Positions 36,787-46,454 are shown, counted from the stretch's first letter. The stretch is DNA of 64,000 bases from a virus (IMGVR_UViG_3300048091_000193:52697-116696), one strand, 5' to 3'. Translations and numbers: made by a program. Notes: a model not told the origin generated them from the sequence alone.

Positions 36787-37640
36787 TCCGCATCACCCCA
36801 GTCACCGTTATTGCCGGCATCGTCGGTCTCGCCCTCGCCTCGACGGCGCTCGGCAGTTTCTACACCATCGACCAGAAGGAACGCGGCGTCCTCACGCGCA
36901 ACGGCAAGGTCATCGGTATCGCGCAGCCTGGTCTGGGCTGGAAGATGCCCTTCATCGACGGCGTCACCGACGTTGCGGTCACCACCAAAACCGTCAACTA
37001 TGACAAGCTGAACGCCTATTCGGCCGACCAGCAGCCGGCCGACATGAAGGTGTCCGTCACGGTCCACGCCAACCCGGAGAAGGTCGACCAGCTCTATTCC
37101 CGCTTCGGCACCGTCGATGCCTATATGGCACAGCGGATCTCGCCGGTCGTGCATCAGCAGGTCAAGATCGTGTTCGGCGGCTATACCGCTGTGAAGGCAA
37201 TTCAAAACCGGGGCGTGCTTAATACGGCGATCGCGGAGGCCATCGAAAAGACGGCTGACGACGGCCTGGTCGTGATCGAGTCGATCCAGCTCGAAAACAT
37301 CGACTTCTCGCCGATCTACATTCGATCCATCGAGGAGCGCATGCTCGCCGAGGTCGAAGTGCAGAAGGTCCAGCAGAACGCCCAGAAGGAGATCGTGACC
37401 GCAAAGATCACGGTGACGAAGGCCCAGGCAAAGGCGGACAGTGCGCTTGCCGAGGCCGAAGCTGAAGCCAAGGCTACCCGCCTCAAGGGTGACGCCGAAG
37501 CCGACGCCATCAAAGCCCGCGCCGCAGCGCTCGGCCAGAACCCGCTCCTGATCGAGCTGACCAAGGCCGAAAAGTGGAAGGGCGATCTGCCGACCACGAT
37601 GATCCCCGGCTCGGCTGTGCCGTTCATCAACATCAAGTAA
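36783..37640 (+). CDS. SPFH/band-7 (prohibitin/HflC-like) membrane protein
   Basis: N-terminal TM helix, SPFH domain, C-terminal coiled coil and prohibitin-like NPLLIELTKAEKWKGDLP motif. Confidence 0.65.
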   Translation: MIRITPVTVIAGIVGLALASTALGSFYTIDQKERGVLTRNGKVIGIAQPGLGWKMPFIDGVTDVAVTTKTVNYDKLNAYSADQQPADMKVSVTVHANPEKVDQLYSRFGTVDAYMAQRISPVVHQQVKIVFGGYTAVKAIQNRGVLNTAIAEAIEKTADDGLVVIESIQLENIDFSPIYIRSIEERMLAEVEVQKVQQNAQKEIVTAKITVTKAQAKADSALAEAEAEAKATRLKGDAEADAIKARAAALGQNPLLIELTKAEKWKGDLPTTMIPGSAVPFINIK

Positions 37641-37651
37641 TCGACAAAATA

Positions 37652-37700
37652 GCGCGCAGACCTACATCTGCGCGCTATAATATAAGCTAACACTGACATT
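37652..37700 (+). promoter_or_regulatory. Degenerate class I promoter: hairpin gcgcgcag/ctgcgcgc, -10 TATAAT(37676-37681), degenerate operator aagctaacactgacatt
   Basis: Read from sequence. Confidence 0.4.
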
Positions 37701-37713
37701 GCGAGATTAGACG

Positions 37714-38292
37714 ATGGGAATTCGTAAACCAGCAGGCGGCAGAGCGCGGGTCAAGGTCGAGGATATCACCGCCGACAACATCATGATCGACAAGATCGCG
37801 GAAGCGGTTCAGTCGGGCGTGCTCAAGGATCTGGTTCTCGAAGTCGAGAACATGAGCCAGATGCAGGTTCAGCGGAAGTCGGACGGCGCCTATCGCACCT
37901 CGAACGTTAGTCGGGGTGAGGAGTTCATGCCGGTCGGTGTTCGCCTTGGCAAGAAGCCCGGCACCGTGATCTTCGAGTTCAAGCCTGTCGATCCGGATAC
38001 GGATTATAGGCAATACGAGGCGGACGACGCCAAGGTTTTTCATATCTTCCCGGAGCTCGAGCCGCTGATCCTGCGCGTGCTCGATCTGACGGTCAGAAAC
38101 ACCGATGGCGAGGTCATTCGCTTTGCCAATGTGAAGCACCTCTATCTCAAGGAAGCCGAGGCTGAAGCCGAGAAGGCTCGTCAGGAGGCTCTGGCCGAGA
38201 TCGAGCGCAAGAAGCAGGAAGCGATCGAGAAGGAAGCGAAGCGCCAGGCCGACCACTACGCCGAGCATCCGACCTATGGAACCTGGGGATGA
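37714..38292 (+). CDS. Hypothetical protein; C-terminus ends HPTYGTWG
   Basis: 192 aa; C-terminal coiled-coil-like EAEAEAEKARQEALAEIERKKQEAIEKEAKRQ then the GTWG tail. Confidence 0.5.
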   Translation: MGIRKPAGGRARVKVEDITADNIMIDKIAEAVQSGVLKDLVLEVENMSQMQVQRKSDGAYRTSNVSRGEEFMPVGVRLGKKPGTVIFEFKPVDPDTDYRQYEADDAKVFHIFPELEPLILRVLDLTVRNTDGEVIRFANVKHLYLKEAEAEAEKARQEALAEIERKKQEAIEKEAKRQADHYAEHPTYGTWG

Positions 38293-38906
38293 AAGCACTC
38301 CGCGTCGCCGCCATCGATCCGTCCCTCACGCATTTCGGGATCGCTAAACTCATCCTGAAACTCGAAACAATGCAGTTCGGCATTCTCAGCCTGCACACGA
38401 TCGTCACCGAGTCCAACACCAAGGGTAACAAGACCCTGCGCAAGAACAGTGACGATTTGCGCCGCTGTAAGCTGATCATGGACACCTATCCGAAGCTGGT
38501 GGCTGATTGCAGCGTGGTTTTTGCCGAGATCCCGGTCGGCGCCCAGAGCGCACGCGCCATGTTCGCATTCGGCGCCGCGACGATGGCTGTTGCCGCCTGC
38601 CCAGTGCCGGTGATTGAGATCCAGCCGTCAGAGACCAAGATGGCGACCGTCGGCACCAAGACCGCTTCGAAGGAGGAGATGATTGAGTGGGCTAGTGCCG
38701 CCTACCCGAATGGCCCCTTTGAGCGCTATCCCAAGGACAAATTCGTCAAGGGTAAACTGATCCGTCGGGCCGGCGCGATTGTCGACAGCGAGGAGCACGT
38801 ATGCGACGCCGTCGCGGTTGCGCATGCGGGAGTCCGAAACGTGCAATTTCAACAACTTCTAGCGTTGATGCGCGCCACCCAACCACAAAATCTAGCTGCT
38901 GCCTAG
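38289..38906 (+). CDS. ruvC: RuvC-family Holliday junction resolvase
   Basis: AAIDPSLTHFGIA (first catalytic Asp region) and DAVAVAHAG (last catalytic Asp region), RuvC-like by eye. Confidence 0.6.
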   Translation: MKALRVAAIDPSLTHFGIAKLILKLETMQFGILSLHTIVTESNTKGNKTLRKNSDDLRRCKLIMDTYPKLVADCSVVFAEIPVGAQSARAMFAFGAATMAVAACPVPVIEIQPSETKMATVGTKTASKEEMIEWASAAYPNGPFERYPKDKFVKGKLIRRAGAIVDSEEHVCDAVAVAHAGVRNVQFQQLLALMRATQPQNLAAA

Positions 38907-38912
38907 ACTGGT

Positions 38913-38928
38913 AAGTCAGTTCTGACTT
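38913..38928 (+). promoter_or_regulatory. Class I operator AAGTCA-gttc-TGACTT upstream of the RNR gene
   Basis: Read from sequence. Confidence 0.45.
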
Positions 38929-38976
38929 ATCTAAAATAGCCTCTCACACCTCGAATACCAAAAGGATAACCCATCA

Positions 38977-41493
38977 ATGGGCAATACCATCACGCGCGAC
39001 TACTTCCCCGGAATGGGTCAGGCAGTCGCCGATCGCACCATCAACCGCAAGATCGAACGACACTTCGCCGCGCCGGAGCGCGTCCAGTTCATGATCGCCC
39101 GCGACGACAAGTCCTCGCTGGAAAAGCAGATCGCGCTGCACGCCGAGTCCCACGGGTATCTGTTCGACAACGATTTCTTTGTGGAACATGGCGACGATAA
39201 GATCGTTTCGGGCTATTTCTGGGCGACGGGCCGGAAAGAAGTCGAAAAGTGGGCGGACGTCGCGATGCGCGTTGCTGCCGGCAATGCGCTGCTCGATCCG
39301 CGCGCCAATATGAAGAAGCGCCAGACCAATGCTGAGTTTGCGAAGGACCCCGGCACGTTCGCTGTCGAGTTCGACCGCATGCACCACCACCTGTCGCAGG
39401 CCTCGCTCCTGATGTCCGGCCGGCACCTGCAGCACGGAGACGAGACGCAGCCCTCGCGCAACATGGAAGTCTTTACCAACTGCTCGACGGCAGCGAACAC
39501 CTTCCTCCTGTTCTATCTGCTGCTCAATGGCTCCGGCGTCGGCCGCGCCTATGACGACGCGATGATCCAGGCCGATCTGAACAATATGCCGATCGTCGTC
39601 TGCGCCATCGATTACAACCATCAGGACGTGCAGAGCGGCCTGATCAAGGGCTACCCGACCCGCCGCGACGCCGAGCACCTTTATGCCGGCCGCAAGGTAA
39701 CTGTGTTCGATGTGCCGGACAGCCGCGAAGGTTGGGCTAAGGCCATCGAGATCGTCGAGCGCATGGCGTTTGAGAACCGGCGCGAGGAAGTGCTGATCCT
39801 GGAATTCACCGGCGTCCGTCCGCGCAATGCGCCGATCATGGGTATGCAGGGTCGCCCGGCGTCGGGTCCAGGCCCCCTGATGTCGGCCGTCGTCAATATC
39901 GCCAAGCTGCGCGACGCCGGCATGGATCCCTGGCGCGCGGCCATGTATGCCGACCACTATGCGGCAGAATGCGTTCTCGTCGGCGGTGCCCGGCGCGCGG
40001 CGCGTATGGCGACCAAATACTGGCGCGATCGCACGGTCCTCGACTTCATCCAGGTGAAGCGCGGCGGGTTCCTGTGGTCGTCGAACAATTCGGTGACGGT
40101 CGACCAGGACTTCCGCGATGCCGTGAAGAAGGTGCATGCGGCTGTAAGCAAGCTCGGGCACACTCATATCGATGCTTCGGGTAAGATGACCCGAACCGCG
40201 GAAAACGTCGAAAAGCTGAACTCGCTTCTGGCTTTCAAGGTCATCACCGAGGATGAGGCGCACGCCTATCGTGTCCTGCATGCGCTGGCGACAGCGGCTT
40301 ACCAGGACGGCACCGGCGAGCCCGGCATCATTAATCAGGACCGGCTGACACAAAACAACGCCGGCATCGACGCCTATACGGACGGGCTGTTCGCCGAAAG
40401 TGCCAAGTTTAAGCTGGATCCAGAGAGCATCCCGCTGATGCGGGCGCTGGCCAAGGCCGCGATCGCTCTGAATTACAACGTGATCACCAACCCCTGTGGC
40501 GAGATCGTGCTGCTGCTCCTGGGCGGCTACTGCGTCATCGCCGACGTCGTGCCATTCCACGCACAGAACGACGACGATGCAGAGGATGCGTTCCGGACGG
40601 CGACGCGGGCGCTGATCCGCACGAACCTGATGGACTCGCTCTACAAGCGCGAGGTCAAGCGCACGAACCGGATCGGCGTCGGCATCACGGGTTTCCACGA
40701 ATGGGCCTATGCCCGGTTCAAGTTCACCTGGCACGACCTGGTGAATGAGGAGAAGTCCAAAGCCCTGTGGCTGACCATGTCGCGGTTCAAGCGCGCGATT
40801 GTGGCTGAAGCCGCCGCCTACTCGGCAGAGCTCGGCGTCGTGGCGCCGCAGACCGATACGACGTTCAAGCCCGCCGGCACCACGTCGAAGCTGTTCGGTT
40901 TGACGGAAGGCGCCCACCTGCCCTCGATGCGCGAGTTTGTGCGCTGGGTGCAGTTCCGCAATGACGATCCGCTGGTCAAGGAATACGAAGACAAGGGCTT
41001 CCCCGTGAAGCACCTGAAAACGTATGAGGGCACCACGGTCGTCGGCTTCCCGACCAAACCGGCGATCTGCGCGCTCGATGGCGGGGAATGGGTGGTCACC
41101 GCGGCCGAAGCGACGCCGGAGGAGCAATACGCCTTCCTGCGGTTGCTGGAGAAATACTGGCTGACGGGTGTTGCGGAAGACGGTGTCACGCCGCTGCGCG
41201 AGACCGGCAACCAGATCTCCTACACGCTCAAATACGATCCGAAGACCGTGACGTTTGACCGGTTCCTGGAGACGCTGATCGAGGGCCAGTTCTCGATCCG
41301 CTGCTGCTCTGTGATGCCGCAGACCGACACCACGGCCTACGAATACCAGCCGGAACAGCCGGTTTCCAAGGCGGAGTTCGAAATGATCGCCCGTGCGATC
41401 CAGGAGGACAACGTCAAGGAAGATATCGGCTTCGAACACGTCGATTGCGGAGGCGGTGCCTGCCCGATCGATTTTAATTCGAAGGCTGCATAG
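38977..41493 (+). CDS. nrdJ: Class II (adenosylcobalamin-dependent) ribonucleotide reductase
   Basis: NPCGEI active-site motif; CCSVMPQ; C-terminal Cys cluster CGGGACP; 838 aa monomeric-type length. Confidence 0.85.
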   Translation: MGNTITRDYFPGMGQAVADRTINRKIERHFAAPERVQFMIARDDKSSLEKQIALHAESHGYLFDNDFFVEHGDDKIVSGYFWATGRKEVEKWADVAMRVAAGNALLDPRANMKKRQTNAEFAKDPGTFAVEFDRMHHHLSQASLLMSGRHLQHGDETQPSRNMEVFTNCSTAANTFLLFYLLLNGSGVGRAYDDAMIQADLNNMPIVVCAIDYNHQDVQSGLIKGYPTRRDAEHLYAGRKVTVFDVPDSREGWAKAIEIVERMAFENRREEVLILEFTGVRPRNAPIMGMQGRPASGPGPLMSAVVNIAKLRDAGMDPWRAAMYADHYAAECVLVGGARRAARMATKYWRDRTVLDFIQVKRGGFLWSSNNSVTVDQDFRDAVKKVHAAVSKLGHTHIDASGKMTRTAENVEKLNSLLAFKVITEDEAHAYRVLHALATAAYQDGTGEPGIINQDRLTQNNAGIDAYTDGLFAESAKFKLDPESIPLMRALAKAAIALNYNVITNPCGEIVLLLLGGYCVIADVVPFHAQNDDDAEDAFRTATRALIRTNLMDSLYKREVKRTNRIGVGITGFHEWAYARFKFTWHDLVNEEKSKALWLTMSRFKRAIVAEAAAYSAELGVVAPQTDTTFKPAGTTSKLFGLTEGAHLPSMREFVRWVQFRNDDPLVKEYEDKGFPVKHLKTYEGTTVVGFPTKPAICALDGGEWVVTAAEATPEEQYAFLRLLEKYWLTGVAEDGVTPLRETGNQISYTLKYDPKTVTFDRFLETLIEGQFSIRCCSVMPQTDTTAYEYQPEQPVSKAEFEMIARAIQEDNVKEDIGFEHVDCGGGACPIDFNSKAA

Positions 41494-41499
41494 TTCCAC

Positions 41500-41551
41500 G
41501 CGCAAACCTCGTCGATCTCGCTATATTCATCTTACACAGTCAGTGTTGACT
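41500..41551 (+). promoter_or_regulatory. Class I promoter-operator: GCGCAA(41500-41505), 16 nt, TATATT(41522-41527), AGTCA-gtgt-TGACT(41538-41551)
   Basis: Read from sequence. Confidence 0.55.
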
Positions 41552-41634
41552 TACATCACTGACGGTCTTAGAGGAAGAAGGAGAGATCGATGACCCGCGG
41601 TTAAGCCACCCTACCCTGATGTTTCCTCCCAACT

Positions 41635-41666
41635 GCGACCCGTCATGCCCGGCGGGTCGCATTTTC
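41635..41666 (+). terminator. Leader hairpin gcgacccg-tcatgcccgg-cgggtcgc followed by ATTTT, inside a ~140-nt 5' UTR
   Basis: Sits between the promoter at 41500-41551 and the first ORF at 41689; possible attenuator or small RNA 3' end. Confidence 0.35.
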
Positions 41667-41688
41667 TCCAGCACAGCACAAAGAGACC

Positions 41689-41946
41689 ATGATGTCTGAA
41701 CGCCGCATCACGTCCGAACGCGACAATCCCCTTAAGACCATTGCCGGCCTGATCCAGAAGCTCTCGTATCGAGACATGCAGAAGCTATCGGAAGCGCTGG
41801 TGCAGGCCTTCGCGGGTGAGAACAAGGGCTCGATGGAAATGGCGTCCGCGCTGCTCAAGGTCGCCGACCAGACCCTTGCGCCGACGGTCAACGAAAACGT
41901 CATCGGTTATCACAAGGACAAGGCTATCGGCGGGCCGTTTCGCTGA
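41689..41946 (+). CDS. Hypothetical protein (85 aa)
   Basis: ORF after AAAGAGA RBS. Confidence 0.4.
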   Translation: MMSERRITSERDNPLKTIAGLIQKLSYRDMQKLSEALVQAFAGENKGSMEMASALLKVADQTLAPTVNENVIGYHKDKAIGGPFR

Positions 41947-42203
41947 TGGGGAAGAACTCGCCGTCACGCTATCGCAGCGAGGGCCGTAATGCCTTCTATC
42001 GCGGCGGCCGACCCATTGATCACCTTCCTTACAGGTCGAGCACTGATGGCCGCGCGCGTGACTGGCTCGAGGGCTGGATGCTCGAAAAGCGCGACGACGA
42101 CATCAAGATCAAGGAAGAAGCCGCGGCCGCGATCGAAGACCAGGAAAAGGTCGAGGAGTTCGCCCGCCTCTACAATCTCGCCAAAGAACAGGGACTTATC
42201 TGA
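41946..42203 (+). CDS. Hypothetical protein (85 aa)
   Basis: ATGA-coupled. Confidence 0.4.
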   Translation: MGKNSPSRYRSEGRNAFYRGGRPIDHLPYRSSTDGRARDWLEGWMLEKRDDDIKIKEEAAAAIEDQEKVEEFARLYNLAKEQGLI

Positions 42204-43178
42204 ATGACCATTTCTGCCAAGATCATCGCCGACTCGATCAGCCCACAGCGCATCCGCCTGACCACCATGCAGCTGCGCTACCCGCGCTTCATCCATGCCG
42301 AGTTCATGACGCATCGGGTGTTCTCGCGAAACGCCTCGTCATCGCGCGCCATCCCGGTCAAGCGTCTGATCCAGGACGTCATCGATGATCCAGCGATGCC
42401 ATTGCATTGGGGCAAGAACCAGCCCGGCATGCAGGCCAAGGAAGAACACGACGGCGAGGTGCAGCTACCCGTCCAAGTCGTGCGTCATTCAGGCACCAGC
42501 TTCGAGGCGAAGCCTCATTCTGCGCAAGATGCGTGGTTTTGGGCGCGTCATCGCGCAATCCAGGCTGCCGATGCTTTCGATAGAGCCGGCTACCACAAGC
42601 AGATCGTCAACCGTCTCCTCGAGCCCTTCAGCCATATCAACGTGCTGGTGACGGCGACGGAATACGACAACTTCTTCGCGCTCCGTGATCATCCGGATGC
42701 ACAACCCGAAATTCGCATGCTTGCTCAGGCTATGCAGGGAGCAATGGATGCGTCAAAGCCTGAGCCCCTTTGGTCTGGAATGTGGCATCTTCCATATGTT
42801 TCTGCGGAAGAACGAAGCAGCTTGAGCGCGGCTATTGGTCTTGCAACGATGTCGGTCGACGAAATCCAGAAAACTCATTGGGCGGTTTCAGTAGCTCGTT
42901 GCGCCCGCGTTTCTTATCTGACGCAAGAAGGCAAGACCCCTACTCTCGAGGAAGACCTGGCGCTCTACGATCGCCTGCTCGCATCTGTGCCACTGCATGC
43001 CTCGCCAGCTGAGCACCAGGCGACGCCGGATCAAGGAACGGTTCGGATCGATGGCGGGGCCGGCCCGCAGTTTCGCAAGCCATATCTCGCTTGGCACAAT
43101 TTCGAGAAGCACGGCAATCTGAGGGGCTGGATCCAGTTCCGCAAAACGCTTTCGGGCGAAAATCAAGCGCAAACCTAA
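42204..43178 (+). CDS. thyX: Flavin-dependent thymidylate synthase ThyX
   Basis: ThyX motif RHRxxSxxxxSxR present as THRVFSRNASSSRAIP; appropriate length. Confidence 0.85.
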   Translation: MTISAKIIADSISPQRIRLTTMQLRYPRFIHAEFMTHRVFSRNASSSRAIPVKRLIQDVIDDPAMPLHWGKNQPGMQAKEEHDGEVQLPVQVVRHSGTSFEAKPHSAQDAWFWARHRAIQAADAFDRAGYHKQIVNRLLEPFSHINVLVTATEYDNFFALRDHPDAQPEIRMLAQAMQGAMDASKPEPLWSGMWHLPYVSAEERSSLSAAIGLATMSVDEIQKTHWAVSVARCARVSYLTQEGKTPTLEEDLALYDRLLASVPLHASPAEHQATPDQGTVRIDGGAGPQFRKPYLAWHNFEKHGNLRGWIQFRKTLSGENQAQT

Positions 43179-43212
43179 ACGCTTACGCTATATTGTAAGT
43201 CAACGCTGACTT
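43167..43212 (+). promoter_or_regulatory. Class I promoter-operator: GCGCAA(43167-43172), 16 nt, TATATT(43189-43194), AAGTCA-acgc-TGACTT(43197-43212)
   Basis: Read from sequence. Confidence 0.6.
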
Positions 43213-43225
43213 ATACGAGATCAAT

Positions 43226-43468
43226 ATGACCCCTTCGCTCGCTGCTGTTCGTGAAGTCCCGTTCCAGATCTTCGATTTCACGGCAACGCCGCCGGAGGGT
43301 TTCGAGCCAGGCTTCTACTTCGACGTGCCGCTGGCGCCGACCGACAAGATCCACGCCGCCGAGCTGTTCCTCGACGGTCCCCATGAAACCCACGCCAAGG
43401 CGCTCGATGCGGCGCGGGACTTCATCATCGACGCCCTGACCAACCACAACACAGGAACTACCGAATGA
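43226..43468 (+). CDS. Small hypothetical protein (80 aa)
   Basis: First ORF after promoter. Confidence 0.4.
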   Translation: MTPSLAAVREVPFQIFDFTATPPEGFEPGFYFDVPLAPTDKIHAAELFLDGPHETHAKALDAARDFIIDALTNHNTGTTE

Positions 43469-43674
43469 CCAAGATGACCTTCATGCCCCTGCCGGCGCGC
43501 ACGGTGCCAAGCCTGCTCGCTGGACGCTCACACGATCGCCGCGTCACCTACGGGACATTGGTGCCCAAGCCGACCAAGGCCTACCCGGTCGTCGGCAAGC
43601 GCCAGCGCGAACGTGCGGCTCGCAAGATCGCTCGCATCTCTGGCCTGCAGCGTCTCGACGGCATCGCCATCTGA
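43465..43674 (+). CDS. Small hypothetical protein (69 aa)
   Basis: ATGA-coupled. Confidence 0.35.
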   Translation: MTKMTFMPLPARTVPSLLAGRSHDRRVTYGTLVPKPTKAYPVVGKRQRERAARKIARISGLQRLDGIAI

Positions 43675-43703
43675 TTTCAACCGGGCAACAGCCCACAACC
43701 GGA

Positions 43704-43955
43704 GTGACTGGAATGAACTTCTTCAAGACCATCGCTCGCCTGCTCGGCTTCGCGCAGCGCGAATATCACCACATCGTCGACGGCTTCAACAAGGCTGTGG
43801 TCGATCTCGAAGCCCTCGCCGAGCGCGAGAAGCAGAAGGCCGCGGACGCCATCCGCGCGATGAAGGAACACGAGCAGAAGCTTGGCGACGCCACCCAGGC
43901 CTCGCACCAGGCGCTGACCACGGCCGGCAACATCAAGAGCCTGCTCGGCAACTGA
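43704..43955 (+). CDS. Small hypothetical protein (83 aa, helical)
   Basis: ORF with GGAG RBS. Confidence 0.4.
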   Translation: MTGMNFFKTIARLLGFAQREYHHIVDGFNKAVVDLEALAEREKQKAADAIRAMKEHEQKLGDATQASHQALTTAGNIKSLLGN

Positions 43956-44010
43956 TCCAATCGCCGGGCAGCACCCCTGCCCGGCCCCTTCCTCCTTCGA
44001 AAGCACACAG

Positions 44011-44556
44011 ATGATCCGCGCATTCTTCGATCTTTTCTCCCGCCGCCCTCGCTCGTATCCCGCGCCGTATCCGGCCGAGTGGATGAGTGCGCCGGTCTTC
44101 CCGGCGACAGAAGCGGTGACCGAGACCGTCGAGTTCATCCGTATGTCCTCGACCGCGATCATGCCGCGCTATGCAACGCCTGGCGCCGCCGGCATGGATC
44201 TTCACGCGGATATCGACGCTTCGATCGCCATCGGCGACCACAAGCTGATCCCCACCAATATCGCCATCAAGCTGCCGTCCGATCTCGAGGCGCAGGTTCG
44301 CCCTCGCTCCGGTCTGGCGCTCAAGAAGGGCATCACGGTGCTGAACAGCCCCGGCACCATCGATCCGGACTATCGCGGCGGCATTGGCGTCATTCTCTAC
44401 AACGCCGGCTCCGAACGCTTCGAGATCAAACAGGGCGACCGCATCGCCCAGCTGGTAATCGCACCCTTCATCCGCGCTGAACTGGTGCAGGTCGACGCCT
44501 TCGACAAGACCGCCCGCGGTGAAGGCGGGTTCGGCTCGACCGGAATTGCGGCATGA
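44011..44556 (+). CDS. dut: dUTPase (trimeric dUTP diphosphatase) with N-terminal extension
   Basis: [14 protein letters not shown] motif 1, [10 protein letters not shown] motif 2, [10 protein letters not shown] motif 3, GDRIAQLV motif 4; true start may be a downstream Met. Confidence 0.8.
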   Translation: MIRAFFDLFSRRPRSYPAPYPAEWMSAPVFPATEAVTETVEFIRMSSTAIMPRYATPGAAGMDLHADIDASIAIGDHKLIPTNIAIKLPSDLEAQVRPRSGLALKKGITVLNSPGTIDPDYRGGIGVILYNAGSERFEIKQGDRIAQLVIAPFIRAELVQVDAFDKTARGEGGFGSTGIAA

Positions 44557-45161
44557 GCTTCGGATTCGCGGGCGCGCATCGCACGGGCAAGACGACCCTC
44601 GCCAAGAAGGTCGCCGAGGAGCTGAACTACCACTACCACGACGCCTCGGTCTCCAAGATCATGAAGGAAGCCGGCATCAATGCCGTCGGCGACGTTCCGA
44701 TCGAGCAGCGCATGGACGCGCAGGAATTCTTGCTTAGCCGCTACCTGCAGCAGTTGACCTGGGCGCCGCGGCCGATGGTCACCGATCGCACCCCGCTCGA
44801 CATGATCGGCTACATGCTGGGCGAAGTGACGATGCACAACACCACGGCCGAGGTGGGCGAGCGCGTTCACGCCTATTGGGAGCGCTGCATCGAGGCCACG
44901 GTCCAGCATTTCGACACCATCATTCTGGTGCGGCCGCTCGACGCCTATATGGCGGATCCCAAGAGTCCGCCGCTGAACCTCGGCTATCAGACCATGGTGC
45001 AGATGATCATCGAGGGCGCGGCCTGGGCCGTGAATGGCGCGCTCTATGTGGAGACGCTCTACACGACCGATCTCGCCGCCCGCGTCGACATCTCCAAGCA
45101 ATTCATTCTCGACCGTATGGACGAGATCAGCCGTCAGTCGGCAGCTGTGCGGAAGCACTGA
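44553..45161 (+). CDS. P-loop nucleotide kinase (dNMP-kinase-like)
   Basis: [18 protein letters not shown] Walker A at N-terminus; ~200-aa kinase-sized; exact family not resolved. Confidence 0.5.
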   Translation: MSFGFAGAHRTGKTTLAKKVAEELNYHYHDASVSKIMKEAGINAVGDVPIEQRMDAQEFLLSRYLQQLTWAPRPMVTDRTPLDMIGYMLGEVTMHNTTAEVGERVHAYWERCIEATVQHFDTIILVRPLDAYMADPKSPPLNLGYQTMVQMIIEGAAWAVNGALYVETLYTTDLAARVDISKQFILDRMDEISRQSAAVRKH

Positions 45162-45179
45162 TCTGCCAGCCGCTATCCG
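45158..45179 (+). promoter_or_regulatory. Class III element cTGATCTGCCAGCCGCTATCCG overlapping the kinase stop codon
   Basis: Read from sequence; followed by short hairpin gctcg-ctagtgt-cgagc. Confidence 0.45.
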
Positions 45180-45231
45180 GGTTTTCGCTCGCTAGTGTCG
45201 AGCATAGACAACGCACAACGAAAGGTCTGCA

Positions 45232-46368
45232 ATGAGCCACTTCACAGTCATGGTTATAAGCGACAAAGCGCTCGATGAGACGGCGCTCGAGCCGTTGCTG
45301 CAGCCGTATCACGAATACGAATGCACCGGCTGCGACGACCAGTATGTGGTCGAGGTCGATATCACGGACGAGATCGCCGAGACTTTCAATCGCGCGGTGT
45401 CGGTCGTCGTTCTTGCCGATGGCAAGGTGGTCGATCGCTATGATGACGCTCTTTATGTCGTCGAGGAATGCGGTCGCAAGAAGATCTTCGCGTTGCCCGA
45501 AGGCGCGGTCGCGCAAGACATGCCGGCTGATGAGGCTCGCACATATGGTCTCGGCTATGCGTCGATGGACCAGTGCGCCGAAGATTACTATGGCATTCGG
45601 CCAGAGCAGTGCCGCGACGGTCGCTACTTCAACAAGACCAATCCGAACCGGAAATGGGATTGGTGGCAACTGGGCGGGCGCTGGAGTGGCATGCTTCGCC
45701 TCAAGGGCGAGGTCAGCGAAGCCATGCGTCACATCGAGGCGCTTCAGGCACGCGGACTGCCAATTCCTGACAGCGCCATGAAGCTAGTCGAGGGTGTCAA
45801 TCGCGGCCAGCGCTCTTGGACCAATGCGGCGGAGGTCAACGAGGTTGGCTATGTCGATGCGGCCCTCAAGGGTCAAATCGATTTCGAGGCGCTGCGTGGC
45901 GAGGCCGAGAAGTCGGCGACGGAAAAGCACACCAAGGCGAACGAGATCATCGCCGGACGTGACTTCGAGACTTGGGAACAAGTTCGCACCCGGATCGAGG
46001 CGCTCACTGACGGCGATGCGATGCTTGTCGCCGAAAAGTCCCGCATCGACGTTGCCCGCGACGTGTTCCATGCGCAGCAGGTGATCGTGGATCTCAAGAA
46101 GGCGGACATGCTGCCCTGGTTCAATGTCGATGAGGCGCTTGACACCTATCGCAAGCCGCTCGCCGACGTCATCAAGGCGGCCCGCGCGAGCATTTTGCAG
46201 ACGTTCGCCGTGCTCAAGGACGGCGAGTGGATCCAGAAGGGCGAAATGGGCTGGTTCGGCTGCTCGACCGACGAGATGACCGAAGCAGAATGGTCCGAGA
46301 AATTCGCCCAGCTCCTCGACGATCTGCCCGACACGGCGGGCATCGCGATCGTGGACTGCCACATCTAA
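45232..46368 (+). CDS. Hypothetical protein (378 aa)
   Basis: ORF after AAAGG RBS; no motif recognised. Confidence 0.5.
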   Translation: MSHFTVMVISDKALDETALEPLLQPYHEYECTGCDDQYVVEVDITDEIAETFNRAVSVVVLADGKVVDRYDDALYVVEECGRKKIFALPEGAVAQDMPADEARTYGLGYASMDQCAEDYYGIRPEQCRDGRYFNKTNPNRKWDWWQLGGRWSGMLRLKGEVSEAMRHIEALQARGLPIPDSAMKLVEGVNRGQRSWTNAAEVNEVGYVDAALKGQIDFEALRGEAEKSATEKHTKANEIIAGRDFETWEQVRTRIEALTDGDAMLVAEKSRIDVARDVFHAQQVIVDLKKADMLPWFNVDEALDTYRKPLADVIKAARASILQTFAVLKDGEWIQKGEMGWFGCSTDEMTEAEWSEKFAQLLDDLPDTAGIAIVDCHI

Positions 46369-46396
46369 CTCCCGGTCTTTACCAGCCGATAACCGC

Positions 46397-46429
46397 GTCG
46401 TCGCTCGCTATTGTTTTGTGAGCGACGAC
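46397..46429 (+). promoter_or_regulatory. 10-bp perfect hairpin gtcgtcgctc-(gctattgttttgt)-gagcgacgac occupying the usual operator position upstream of rIIA; contains CGCTATTG -10-like box
   Basis: Read from sequence; AAGGGGAA RBS follows. Confidence 0.4.
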
Positions 46430-46454
46430 ACAACACGACAAGGGGAATTTTGAA

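Noticed and set aside
38974-41505. 843-aa minus-strand ORF fully antisense to the class II RNR gene
   Set aside because: Arg/Ala/Gly-rich low-complexity translation typical of a shadow ORF in high-GC DNA; the + strand ORF has unmistakable RNR motifs (NPCGEI).
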